Assembly (NCBI GenBank): GCA_965644295.1
Contig: CBFFRP010000094.1
Coordinates: forward strand, 1-64,000
From: Paraphysomonas bandaiensis
Taxonomy: Eukaryota > Protista > Chrysophyceae
Length of the DNA stretch: 64,000 nt
Direction: 5' to 3'
Shown: positions 1 to 13,100 of the stretch, piece by piece
Position numbering within the stretch: the stretch's first letter is position 1
How the letters are laid out: each line of letters begins with the position of its first letter
The notes under the pieces: model-generated
Told to the model about the DNA's origin: nothing
The model's database searches: none
The model's input: the letters and a program-made list of their open reading frames with translations, nothing else
Translations under genes and position numbers: made by a program

Positions 1-24
1 TGCCTTCGTTCAGTTACGTATTCT
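1..24 (+). other. Untrimmed Oxford Nanopore ligation adapter remnant (artefact)
   Basis: CTTCGTTCAGTTACGTATT matches the ONT adapter AATGTACTTCGTTCAGTTACGTATTGCT and directly precedes the telomere. Confidence 0.93.
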
Positions 25-612
25 CTAACCCTAACCCTAACCCTAACCCTAACCCTAACCCTAACCCTAACCCTAACCCTAACCCTAACCCTAACCCTAA
101 CCCTAACCCTAACCCTAACCCTAACCCTAACCCTAACCCTAACCCTAACCCTAACCCTAACCCTAACCCTAACCCTAACCCTAACCCTAACCCTAACCCT
201 AACCCTAACCCTAACCCTAACCCTAACCCTAACCCTAACCCTAACCCTAACCCTAACCCTAACCCTAACCCTAACCCTAACCCTAACCCTAACCCTAACC
301 CTAACCCTAACCCTAACCCTAACCCTAACCCTAACCCTAACCCTAACCCTAACCCTAACCCTAACCCTAACCCTAACCCTAACCCTAACCCTAACCCTAA
401 CCCTAACCCTAACCCTAACCCTAACCCTAACCCTAACCCTAACCCTAACCCTAACCCTAACCCTAACCCTAACCCTAACCCTAACCCTAACCCTAACCCT
501 AACCCTAACCCTAACCCTAACCCTAACCCTAACCCTAACCCTAACCCTAACCCTAACACTAAACCTAAGCCTAACCCTAACCCTAACCCTAACCCTAACC
601 CTAACCCTAACC

Positions 613-653
<41 letters not shown>

Positions 654-3248
654 CCCTAACCCTAACCCTAACCCTAACCCTAACCCTAACCCTAACCCTA
701 ACCCTAACCCTAACCCTAACCCTAACCCTAACCCTAACCCTAACCCTAACCTAACCCTAACCCTAACCCTAACCCTAACCCTAACCCTAACCCTAACCCT
801 AACCCTAACCCTAACCCTAACCCTAACCCTAACCCTAACCCTAACCCTAACCCTAACCCTAACCCTAACCCTAACCCTAACCCCTAACCCTAACCCTAAC
901 CCTAACCCTAACCCTAACCCTAACCCTAACCCTAACCCTAACCCTAACCCTAACCCTAACCCTAACCCTAACCCTAACCCTAACCCTAACCCTAACCCTA
1001 ACCCTAACCCTAACCCTAACCCTAACCCTAACCCTAACCCTAACCCTAACCCTAACCCTAACCCTAACCCTAACCCTAACCCTAACCCTAACCCTAACCC
1101 TAACCCTAACCCTAACCCTAACCCTAACCCTAACCCTAACCCTAACCCTAACCCTAACCCTAACCCTAACCCTAACCCTAACCCTAACCCTAACCCTAAC
1201 CCTAACCCTAACCCTAACCCTAACCCTAACCCTAACCCTAACCCTAACCCTAACCCTAACCCTAACCCTAACCCTAACCCTAACCCTAACCCTAACCCTA
1301 ACCCTAACCCTAACCCTAACCCTAACCCTAACCCTAACCCTAACCCTAACCCTAACCCTAACCCTAACCCTAACCCTAACCCTAACCCTAACCCTAACCC
1401 TAACCCTAACCCTAACCCTAACCCTAACCCTAACCCTAACCCTAACCCTAACCCTAACCCTAACCCTAACCCTAACCCTAACCCTAACCCTAACCCTAAC
1501 CCTAACCCTAACCCTAACCCTAACCCTAACCCTAACCCTAACCCTAACCCTAACCCTAACCCTAACCCTAACCCTAACCCTAACCCTAACCCTAACCCTA
1601 ACCCTAACCCTAACCCTAACCCTAACCCTAACCCTAACCCTAACCCTAACCCTAACCCTAACCCTAACCCTAACCCTAACCCTAACCCTAACCCTAACCC
1701 TAACCCTAACCCTAACCCTAACCCTAACCCTAACCCTAACCCTAACCCTAACCCTAACCCTAACCCTAACCCTAACCCTAACCCTAACCCTAACCCTAAC
1801 CCTAACCCTAACCCTAACCCTAACCCTAACCCTAACCCTAACCCTAACCCTAACCCTAACCCTAACCCTAACCCTAACCCTAACCCTAACCCTAACCCTA
1901 ACCCTAACCCTAACCCTAACCCTAACCCTAACCCTAACCCTAACCCTAACCCTAACCCTAACCCTAACCCTAACCCTAACCCTAACCCTAACCCTAACCC
2001 TAACCCTAACCCTAACCCTAACCCTAACCCTAACCCTAACCCTAACCCTAACCCTAACCCTAACCCTAACCCTAACCCTAACCCTAACCCTAACCCTAAC
2101 CCTAACCCTAACCCTAACCCTAACCCTAACCCTAACCCTAACCCTAACCCTAACCCTAACCCTAACCCTAACCCTAACCCTAACCCTAACCCTAACCCTA
2201 ACCCTAACCCTAACCCTAACCCTAACCCTAACCCTAACCCTAACCCTAACCCTAACCCTAACCCTAACCCTAACCCTAACCCTAACCCTAACCCTAACCC
2301 TAACCCTAACCCTAACCCTAACCCTAACCCTAACCCTAACCCTAACCCTAACCCTAACCCTAACCCTAACCCTAACCCTAACCCTAACCCTAACCCTAAC
2401 CCTAACCCTAACCCTAACCCTAACCCTAACCCTAACCCTAACCCTAACCCTAACCCTAACCCTAACCCTAACCCTAACCCTAACCCTAACCCTAACCCTA
2501 ACCCTAACCCTAACCCTAACCCTAACCCTAACCCTAACCCTAACCCTAACCCTAACCCTAACCCTAACCCTAACCCTAACCCTAACCCTAACCCTAACCC
2601 TAACCCTAACCCTAACCCTAACCCTAACCCTAACCCTAACCCTAACCCTAACCCTAACCCTAACCCTAACCCTAACCCTAACCCTAACCCTAACCCTAAC
2701 CCTAACCCTAACCCTAACCCTAACCCTAACCCTAACCCTAACCCTAACCCTAACCCTAACCCTAACCCTAACCCTAACCCTAACCCTAACCCTAACCCTA
2801 ACCCTAACCCTAACCCTAACCCTAACCCTAACCCTAACCCTAACCCTAACCCTAACCCTAACCCTAACCCTAACCCTAACCCTAACCCTAACCCTAACCC
2901 TAACCCTAACCCTAACCCTAACCCTAACCCTAACCCTAACCCTAACCCTAACCCTAACCCTAACCCTAACCCTAACCCTAACCCTAACCCTAACCCTAAC
3001 CCTAACCCTAACCCTAACCCTAACCCTAACCCTAACCCTAACCCTAACCCTAACCCTAACCCTAACCCTAACCCTAACCCTAACCCTAACCCTAACCCTA
3101 ACCCTAACCCTAACCCTAACCCTAACCCTAACCCTAACCCTAACCCTAACCCTAACCCTAACCCTAACCCTAACCCTAACCCTAACCCTAACCCTAACCC
3201 TAACCCTAACCCTACAGCGTATAACCCTAACCCTAACCCTAACCCTAA
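25..3248 (+). repeat. Telomere, (CCCTAA)n / TTAGGG type, ~3.2 kb
   Basis: Near-perfect CCCTAA array at the contig start. A few variant units lie at ~555-885, and a CAGCGTA interruption at ~3215-3221. Confidence 0.99.
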
Positions 3249-3342
3249 TCGAATAATAAAAACTCTTAAGATATATATTACATACAGCTACCAATGAACG
3301 TAAAGTTTAGGCTAGTATAGTTATTCACATGTCGAAGTATAA

Positions 3343-6187
3343 CTAGTAGGGATAGAAGTAAGAACAATCGCCACGATCTCCTGCAATATATATCAACAAC
3401 TATTCACAAACTGTGCCAATCTGACCTGGATTATTAGTACCATTGGAAGAGCCATAGTTAGCAAAGCATTTGCAATCACCTGCGAAATAATGAAAACAAC
3501 GCAACATACCTGGAGATATTACCTGTTGCTCTGTCACAGTACCCACCTTCGTATCCACCACACTCAGCATAATCCTTAGCAACATCATTGTAAGAACCAT
3601 TAACTATTAACAGAACACATGTAAACTCACAATCGTGCCTGCAACCGACTCCTCGACTAGGTCGACATCATCATCGTCCGACTGCATCAGAGGGATATCC
3701 CCAAGGTCAGTAAGAAATGTCACGGTAAAACCACCATGGGTAGTGTTAACTGTCGAGTTACAGGCGTTCTCAATAAAATCATAATTCGAGTTTTCGAAGG
3801 TAATGCTAACATTTCCAATGGAAGGTACGATCTCAATTGCGCTCTTGATTTCCGCGGCGGTCATACCCGCAGTTATCGTGTCAGTTTCATGTACACCATA
3901 CAAAGTCAGAGTGAATGCACCACTCTCATTGCTGCAAACTACCCGCTGCTTTTCAAACAGCCCTCTGTCACAGCGCGATGTAACTCTCTCCCCTACTGGG
4001 CAGTTCCGTTCCGTGCACTGCCATCCAGTCCACCCCATCAGATTGCGAGTCATGGCAGGAAGGCCGCTCACCATGCCTTTGGAGGCCACTGTAGGGTAGA
4101 TTTTATGTCCCTTGAAGCCCCCGGTCGTATATGCGGAGCACAAGCAATGGTATATTTTAAAAGCATCCCAAGTGTCTGGAAAAGCCCTGATGTCTTGTAC
4201 GTCTCCGTACTCAAGCCCCTCTATTGCTGCTATCTCGTTCATGTTTAAGCACCAGCCATGACCACCGCACTGCTTGCCAGTACTACTATCCAAGGGGCAG
4301 TCCATGTACTGGCAGGCATCCCCGGAATAACCAGTGTTGCAGTTGCAGAGGCCAGTCTGTCTATCACACATACCCATACTGCTGCATTCGGTCAACTGGT
4401 GGGCTTCTGTTGACGATATAGCCTCGTCGAACCACGCTCTTCCCATTGGGCAGGAGCCAACACGGCAGTCGTATCCATACCATCCTTCCTGACATACGCA
4501 GGGGTCCCCGATGACAGCACAGAATCCGTGCCCATTACACTTGTCCTCCCCTACAGCTCCACATACAGGGTTGGTCACATCGAGAAACCCACAATCCCCT
4601 CGTCCCCCAAGTGCTCCCTGACCGTCGCTACTTTCGGCCCGATAATCAAAAGCGCCCCCGACAAACTTGTCATGACATACGCACACACCCGATGTCCTGT
4701 CACAGAAACCGTGGTTCGAGCACTCATACATATCTCCTACACCTCCATTAGTGCTGAAGGTCACATTGACAGGAACATCAATGCCGTATGAAACCAGCGT
4801 GCTGTCATAGATCTCCAAGAAGGGAAGGTTGCCAATGTCAGAGACCAGGGATATTTGCATAGTGGAAGTGACTGCACTATCACATATAGTTGTGGTACTA
4901 GTTGGAGATGTTACCTCAACTGCCAGGTTCGGCCACTCCATGTTTACAAGGTCCGACAAATTTTCGATCGCTTCAGCGATAAGTGTAGGGGCATCTGGGT
5001 CATTTACACCAATTCCGGTAGAAAGGCTATCTTTGAAAGTGAAGTAGACTTTTCCCTGGCATGATGGGCAGGGGGGACAAGTAAGCGTGTGAACAGTGAG
5101 CATTTCTAGCGTAGGAGTCGAGCCGCCAAGGGTTAGGGAGGTGGCTCCATCAGGCCACATCCTAGTATTCGCAGTGTCATTGTAGCTCACCCGAATTGGA
5201 GGCCGATCCCCGATGTAGTCCAGAAACCATATACTTGTCGTGACAGGGCTGCTGATGCCGCAGGCAGATGGCTGGTCATCTCCTGCTAAAGACTGCATAC
5301 GAACCCTCACTCTACCAGCAGGGTACACCTGCTGCATGAGAAATTGAAGAGCGGCAGGGGTGGCATTATGGGGTATTGCTTGCGTGACCCGACCTGAAAA
5401 AGACTTGTAAGGTACCAAACAGCGCACGACACAATCTACGACCTAGCATTGTCACGCTGAAATATCCCGCGTCTGCTTGACACCTCATAACGAACTGCTC
5501 CTCTTGTGAAGGACCTGTCGATGTTGGGTCACGGCCTATTGGGCAGCTCCTGAAGGAGCAATCGTAGCCCTCGTACCCTTCATCACAAATACACCCCATG
5601 ATGGCATCAGCATCCCATCCACTGTAGTCTATAGGAGGGTTAACAATAGCTCTGCAATATATAACTTTAGCAAGCAGTATTGGCAGGGAGCACATTTACC
5701 GGCCGTCAAAGTCCAAGCTCACTTCCCTCATTGTCATACAGCGGCCATGTCCTGAGCATGTCAATGTGCTATTTGACGGGCAGGACTCTGTGTAACAGAT
5801 TATACCTACATTAGAATATTATACTATAGCCATACTTCGTTCACAGGCACGGCCCTCAAAACCAGGACGGCAAGTGCATTTGCCGCTATGTATATCACAG
5901 GTTCCCATTGCAGAGCACTCAACCCTGGGGCGGTATCGCGTGTGATCCGTCTGTGGAATTTCTAGCCAAGATCTTCCGGAAGGGCAATAGCGAAGCGAAC
6001 AGTCCGCCCCCCTATAGGAGGAGTAGCACTCACATAGACCAGTGAGGGAGTTAATAGCCCCATGACCATTGCACAACTTCGTGTCGGTCTTATAGACAGC
6101 ACCCACAAAAGAGGGCTGAAGCAGCAAAATGAGTAGAATAAAACAGCAAGTCACGATAAGTCCGAAGATCTCTCTTAGTAGGCTCAT
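3343..6187 (-). CDS. Secreted EGF-like/tenascin-like cysteine-rich protein (stramenopile Sig1/mastigoneme-like type), ~7 exons
   Basis: Signal peptide MSLLREIFGLIVTCCFILLILLLQPSFVGA. Repeated CNGHG/CSxxGxCDRxTGxCxC/CPxGRAWFD/WDAxxxxGCxCDxGYxGYDCS motifs. ORFs are joined by ~40-55 nt GT-AG introns (e.g. 5788-5835). The last exon GDRGDCSYFYPY* ends at the TAG at 3343. Confidence 0.85.
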
Positions 6188-6618
6188 ACTCCCATCGATT
6201 AGATTATAAATTGAATTTAATACCAACAGTGTCGAGTGTGGTTCATCTATGAAAAAATACGTTAACGCCCTTCATTTAATCACTTGTAGAACCCGCTCGC
6301 TGAGATCGTCGTGTATGTCTTGGATAGTTGTACTCGGATGCTGCTGTATGTGATCAGAGTCGTTTTGCTGATTGTGCAATAAAACGAGTATACAGCAGTA
6401 GTCCCAGTATACTATGCACTATCTTTCCGTTCCATCTTACATCTTATACCAGAATACGTCAAAATACTGTTTGGAATACGAGCCAGTAGCACAGTTCACG
6501 CATGTGGTGCACGAAGCAATCACAAGTCTAGAAGTGAACTTCGCCATCGCCTGAGAGGCAGGTGATTAACTTGGAGTTTATAGTACGTTGAATTCGTTTC
6601 AATTGTTGCTTGTTGCAG

Positions 6619-6957
6619 ATGCCAGAAAGAATAGATGGATTGCAGTGTCTGAATGACAGTGAAGATGAGTGGGTCTTAACTTTAGAGGGTTTTGTCAAGT
6701 TTCAGCTGCGGCGAGGAGCAGTTGCGGGTGCTGGTTATGAACCGCTGAAGAAAAATCTTTCGAAGATTTTGTCCCGAATCGAGGGTGTGGATAGCGAAAG
6801 ACACGACAGTATTTTTGTGGCTTCGACTGAATATATGCGTGATTTAATGTGGGGAACAGAGGAGTATGTAACAATTGCGGAGGATACTCGTACGCGAGTT
6901 TTATCAAATGCAAATAGTGTTTTCGAAGAGATAATGCAGACTTCGAAGTGCAAATAA
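6619..6957 (+). CDS. Hypothetical protein (~112 aa)
   Basis: Coding-like ORF MPERIDGLQ...TSKCK*, starting right after an acceptor-like TTGCAG (possible 5' UTR intron). Divergent from the EGF gene. No domain recognised. Confidence 0.45.
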   Translation: MPERIDGLQCLNDSEDEWVLTLEGFVKFQLRRGAVAGAGYEPLKKNLSKILSRIEGVDSERHDSIFVASTEYMRDLMWGTEEYVTIAEDTRTRVLSNANSVFEEIMQTSKCK

Positions 6958-7664
6958 TACGTTCACATATTTTTCAGTTTAAAATAAATATAGTATTAAT
7001 TTTTGTACTGGTATCCGGTAATGTTAATGTCTATTTTCGCTGTATCGTGTTGTAAACGAATTAGAAAATCACGTTGCGATTGCGGTATATGTATTTGTTG
7101 ACTAAATCATGTGTACAGTCTAAGGATAACGTGTACTGATAACTCATTCGTAACCCAAGAGCATGTAAACAAGACATGTGGATTCGTGGAATGATTACTT
7201 CAAACCAAAACTCTTTTTCGTCGAATCCATTCTTTCAAGTGCCATAAATTGTCTAGATCAATCCGATAAACGGAATCATATCACGCGGGTAAACGTCATA
7301 GTGATTCTTTAAAACTGCATCACCTGTTCAAGCTATGTGCTAACTGGCCTCTCCTGTGTTATGTTATATATTCAGTGAGCAGAGGTAATTGTGATTCATT
7401 TCTCTATCTTGTATCATATATTTCTGATATGATAATAACCTCCAATGTAGCAGAAACTAATATTTTTAAAAGTGGTTCAGATATAGGATATAGTATGTAG
7501 AAAAAATATACTAGACTTCTAGACTTAAATATTTGCTTTTGTGGGGTTAAGCCGAGCCTTTTGAAGACACAAGGCTCTTACCCTTAGTAGGAATCCAAAT
7601 ATCAAATATTGTAAGCGATAAGGATTATATTTGTTTGCTCTCAACAATAATAGATTAGGTTATA

Positions 7665-7805
7665 TTGAAAGTCTTTTTATTTAGCAATAGGCGTTAAAAA
7701 CCTGTACCGATATAGTGGCTAAATGCTAAATAGCTTCTGTAGCGCTAAATAGTAGGATAATGGAATTTGTGCTGATTAGTTATGGGTAGAGGTCCAACTA
7801 GATTA
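7665..7805. repeat. Dispersed repeat family R1 fragment (tail plus internal piece)
   Basis: TTGAAAGTCTTTTTATTTAGCAATAGGCGTT is the reverse complement of the tail at ~33395-33425. AAATAGTAGGATAA...GATTAGTTATGGGTAG matches ~33295-33340. Confidence 0.7.
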
Positions 7806-8799
7806 GGTTTACATCACAACATTTTAATAATCACAACATACTTCATACTATTACTAATCTTAAATCTTCATTTGGTAGCGTTTTAAAGTTACAATTTACG
7901 ACTCAACTGACTAGGATTCGACAGCTCAAAAACGAAAGTTTCAATGCCAAAATTCGACACAAAGAACTTCTCCAGGTGGCAGAAGATGTGCCGCGCATGA
8001 TTTTTTCGCTAACCTAAGATCGTATATACTCTACAAAACGATCTTTCAATCGAATGTAGCATATGTCACTACTTTTGGGAATATTTTGTTGACCTCATCG
8101 CCAAATTTCACCTGTCCAGATTTCCTGCCAACTCCAAAAATCTTTGAAGCATGTTACATATGAACCCCATCGAGTGTCATTTCTCACAAGAGCACATGGC
8201 AAGCGTCAATGGGGTAATGCTATCCATCAGTCCCGGATAAAGGATAATGCTCTTCACAAATGTAAAAGCACAGCTATGTTCAGTTTGTGCAAAGCGCATA
8301 TCGTCAAAGGCACAATTTCGTCAATCTTCAGACCAATAAGTCTGACTAAATTTGGATTCATATGGGAAATAATTGCCAATTAATTGCAACCTACCAGCAA
8401 TTGCTTATATTCCATACAATGTAACTGCAATTCAAGTGTTACACAGCTCTTCCTTATACAGTAAATATATATTTCACATTGTCTAGTCTATCTCACAGCC
8501 TATCATTATATTTCGTTTAATACTGTCTCTGACTACTCTATCATTCGAGCAACGGTTAAAATATAAAAAACCGTAAAACGCAGCTTTTAATTGCTCAAAA
8601 TCGCGAAATATCAACGTACAACGTACAGCCTATTGAAAAATTCATATATTTATATTAAGATTAACGTCATCAAAGCTACTCTGACAATGCCTTCCTCGTT
8701 AAAATATTGACTCTACCGCGCCAGTAAAATAGATCGGGTAAGACTGATGAAAAGCAGTACGAACAAAATATCATTCAGCATCAACTGAAATAATTACTG

Positions 8800-9753
8800 T
8801 GCGACTGATACATACCATTATACTCCTTGATAAACGCGCTTCATCACACCTCACATCAATCATATTCCACTGCAAACACAAAAATCAAATATAGTTTGTG
8901 GTTTCTTGGTACTATCAGCTTATAGCAGGAAAGCACCCTTGCATAATTTTATCTATTGTTGGCTTGAAGTGATTAAATTGAGATCGTATTTCCTCGGATA
9001 ATTCTGATACATTATCCTGATTTAAAAAACGTAAGTATACACTTTAACTAGATAAACAAACTCACATCAATAGAGTCAACTAAGCCAGCAATCTTAGATT
9101 GCAGGGACTCGTGGATACCTCCACAATGGATATCAAATTCAACCTCCAACTGGTGAAGGAGCTCCGCCAGGTCCTCACGTGGGCCGCCAGCCGGGATAAA
9201 GGACATCCCTTTCATATCATAGAAGACAGAAACGACAAACTTTTCATTTCGTCGACACACCATTTTCATAGTATCCACATGTTTCTGAGTGGAAATGAAC
9301 ACGCATGCCACGGCCGTAGAGTACAGTACATTACCTGATGGGACCGACCCCCCGAACCAGTGGAATTTCGATTTCTAGGTTTACCAGTCCCTTTATGCTC
9401 TTCAAAATTAACTGATACGATTTCTAAAGAGAGTAGGTTATGCTCACACTACAGAGATGACAACAGAATAATCCATACCGCCATCATCAACTTCACGGGC
9501 AAATTGATAAAACGACTGTATCAGAGATCCTAGATTAGTTGTTACTGCTTGCTCTGGCCATCTGCCCCATAACTATCAAAACTATAGTGATGATTATCGC
9601 AACGTATTGCCTGTACACACGCTCGATCACCACGAAGCCTGTTCTCGCATCAGATATCGTAATATTCTTGATGGGTCCAACGCTTTCATTATCTCGTCGC
9701 TTGCGAGTTTTAGAAGATTGAGTGGGCTGATAGGGCCCCGAACTACCCTCCAT
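8800..9753 (-). CDS. Hypothetical multi-exon protein (3' end uncertain)
   Basis: Exon-like ORFs MEGSSGPYQ..., KHVDTMKMVCRR...GLVDSID and DNVSELSEEIRSQFNHF, separated by GT...AG introns. No domain recognised. Confidence 0.45.
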
Positions 9754-10060
9754 TAGAAACGATTATCTGTCACGGACTATGCATGTGCCATGTTGTCGAC
9801 TATGCACAGTATCTGTAGCTAGTGTATTTGGTTTTCTTCAGGGTATACACTACCTGATACAGCAGTATACCATACACCATATATAAACCTCTGTAGGGTT
9901 GATTTCCTACGATCAGCTGATAGATACAATAGGAATACAGCAGTCGGAGTAGGTCTGCAGGTGTCGGACCGGACTACGACACCAGCATTTGTCAGTGATA
10001 GAGTACAAGAAGTACTTTATCGAACCCCACTCCTTGCTAGAGATCTAGTTCATTATATCT

Positions 10061-10068
10061 CTGATTGG
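10061..10068. promoter_or_regulatory. CCAAT-box-like CTGATTGG in a divergent promoter (also at 57027 and 57057)
   Basis: The same 8-mer recurs in two head-to-head intergenic regions. Function is inferred only. Confidence 0.3.
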
Positions 10069-10175
10069 TTTGGCTCATTCCAGACTGTTGTGATGATGTG
10101 GTCGCTGTTTCAACGAACTCTCGTATAAAATTATTAAGTTGAACTGAACGTACAGTTATCGTACTTCACGAGAGC

Positions 10176-13100
10176 ATGAACACCTCTGAGGCTGACAGAA
10201 AAGCTCTTCTGGTGAAGTACATGTCGTTTATGAATAACAACAGTGTGACCTTTCTGTAGCTATCTTTGAAAGATTGTGCGAGAAAACTCACTCCATACGT
10301 GCATGAAGCCACTGAGGGCTACCATTTCAATGAACGGAATAATCACGTTTCAGATCTTGTGACTTCACTCGAGAAATGTTTGTTTCATGGTACAGCAAGT
10401 TATTTTGGTTGTGTTCTCTGCAGTGATGTGTTTTGTGTGTACCTTGAAGGGATAAACACCGTTGAATTTTGTGGAACTCTTCCTTTTTGGGGGATGCTGG
10501 AGAGGTTAGAGACTGTAAATCCTCCAATTCATGCAGTTCGCAACACAGTGGGGGCTGTTGCATGCATGAATGCTCTGCGTACACCTGCCAGCAAGGCGAG
10601 AGCGTGGATAAGACAAGCTCTTAACACCAATTGTCTCGATGCAACTGTAGGTTAGTTGCGTCGCTACCAGTTGATGTTTCGTTAAGCACTTTTATGCAGT
10701 TGCGATAACCTCCCATCATAAGAAACTATTATCGTTTTTCTACTTTGAGAGTGCTCTGTTAAGACATGAACCTTCTGTTTCAATTCTGGTACTCAAACTG
10801 CATCCATGTATGGGTAGTGCTGCATGAGTAAGCCATCAAGACAGTTCTATGGCATTTTCGTTACGCCCTCAACGTATTTCACTCAATTAATACTCATGTA
10901 TTGTTTTTTAGTTGGCTATTCTTCGCTCCTTGAAAGTTCTTAAATTTAACTTGAGCGTGGATATCCCGGACTTGAATGTATGCCCTACTTGGTTACAGAG
11001 TCGTCTCGAGATGAGCCAGGTGCATCACAGCTTCTTTTTCTCAGATATTCGTTAATCAATATTCGCAGAGTGTAAAACGGGGAGAAAATATCCGTAATCA
11101 AACGAATCTTCTCCCGCTAGACTCGTTCTTTTCCTCTTTTGAGAAGGGTATGGATCTTGTTATAAGCCGAGTCGATATGGTGGCGTCTCAGGCCGTCAAA
11201 TACCTTAACGAATCTATGGATCAGCCTCAGTGTCAGGCTCACTCAAACTTCACACAGGGCAATTCTACAAGCCGAGAATATGTGACCGCTGGGAGCTGCA
11301 CCGATCGTATCCCATTCTTTGGTACGCCGTTAGAGGTAGTGAAGCTGTTCATGGATAGCGACGCATTTTGAAGTTAAATGGTTTCGTGACTCATTCTGGT
11401 TTTATCCTGTTTATAGATCCTGGTGCAGAATGAGTGGCGCTGTTCTCACGCCTGTCTGGAGAAAAGGATCGGTGTGCCTAATCAGCTCAATCATCTAGTT
11501 TCTGCGCTTACTGATGCTATTACCACGCCTGGTATGTTGAATGACTATCTTCTTCGTTATTACAGATTTCTATTTGCGTCAGGTCTCTTCCGTCATCCGG
11601 CTATTGCTTCCGAGGTCCACTCACTCCGTTGCTCCTTAGAAGATGAGAAGGGTATACCAAGTGGGATAAGTGTACACACCGTGGCACACTGCTTCTTACA
11701 GTGGATGTATGAATTACCTGAGCCACTGCTGGGTTTCGACAACTATCAGGCCGTACAAGCTTGTCAGGAGATCGAAGACCAGGAACATCGAATCAGAAAT
11801 CTCTCTTTGCTTGTACGGCAGGCGCCTTGGTGGTCACAAGCGACGTTGTTACTTGTGATGAATCTGTTACACCGGCTGACCAGGCCCGAGATCACATCTT
11901 GCAATGGTCTCAACATAGTGGCTGTATCGGTTTTCGCGACTCCGTTCCTGCTCAGGTCTTGGGATATTGGTCCAATTCACGGCCCTGGCATGAGTCTCGA
12001 GAGCACAGATAAGGCACACATGGTGGCTGTGGCTGCCGGTGGGTCCACTGTTGAGGTGTTGATTACCCACCAACCCAGTGTATGTGCGCAACTCCAGCAA
12101 TATCAGGTGGAGCTCTCAACTGCACTAGCTATTAAGTGCGACAGGCTGCGCGCTCTGCAGACAGAAGCGGTTCGTTTCATTGTTCAGTCCGATATGGGCT
12201 CAGAAACGTGTCCGTTAGCTCATGAGGACGATGATGAGTTTCTTGTGAGCGCTGTATTCAACAATAGTTGTGACAGCTCTGATTTTACGGTGACTCGAGA
12301 GAGAGTAACGTACGATAGCATGTTTAGGCTCTGGCGTGGGTTACAGCGGACTCACTGCCGTATGAAGGACACTGCGTCAGGCTCACCCGGTTCTGTGATG
12401 TTGGTACGGTCTCGATCAATAACTGAAGAAGACCTCAAGCTTCTGGACGACGTACAAGATGAACGCATCGATGATGAGGGGAAAAGTGAATGGAATGACA
12501 TATTGCCAGCCTCACCAAAGAGGTTGGCAAATTTAATGAAGAGTGAGCGGTGGGATGTTGTTTTTCCTGTTGAGAATGCTCTTCGTGAATTCAACTCAAA
12601 TCCTGCAGGTCTCCTTGCTATTGATTGTCTTACATACTTCCTGGGCAGGTTTGGTGACAAGGCAGCTCTACTGGTGTGTGAGTTTGCCACACGCAGAACA
12701 CATATATGCTCTCTTCCGATAGTGTGTGTCTATCTTGTACAGATATGTCTTGTCGGTCTTAAATTGGTATCGTCTCAAGTATTTACTGATATTATCAGTT
12801 GTCCTGTAAAGGCGGCGAATGTACAACACATTCCTCTGTCGCAGGTTGCTAGGCAACCTGAGTGGGTCATTTTATCAGACGAGAACTGTTTAAACGAATT
12901 GTTCTGCCTTGCTCTGTTTACCCTCGATGATCTTATGAAGCATGCATCCCCATCCAGAGGCGTGCGTCCTTGTATGTCAAGCAGTGACACCTTGTTGGCA
13001 GTGGCTGGTCAGGACATTCTTGCGACATGCATGACTGGCTGCCGAGTTCTCATTGATGAGCTGCTTCATATCAACAGAGCCACCTCAACAGAGCAGCTTT

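Noticed and set aside
14-559. (LG)n ORF
   Set aside because: Translation of the telomere repeat; it ends in adapter sequence.
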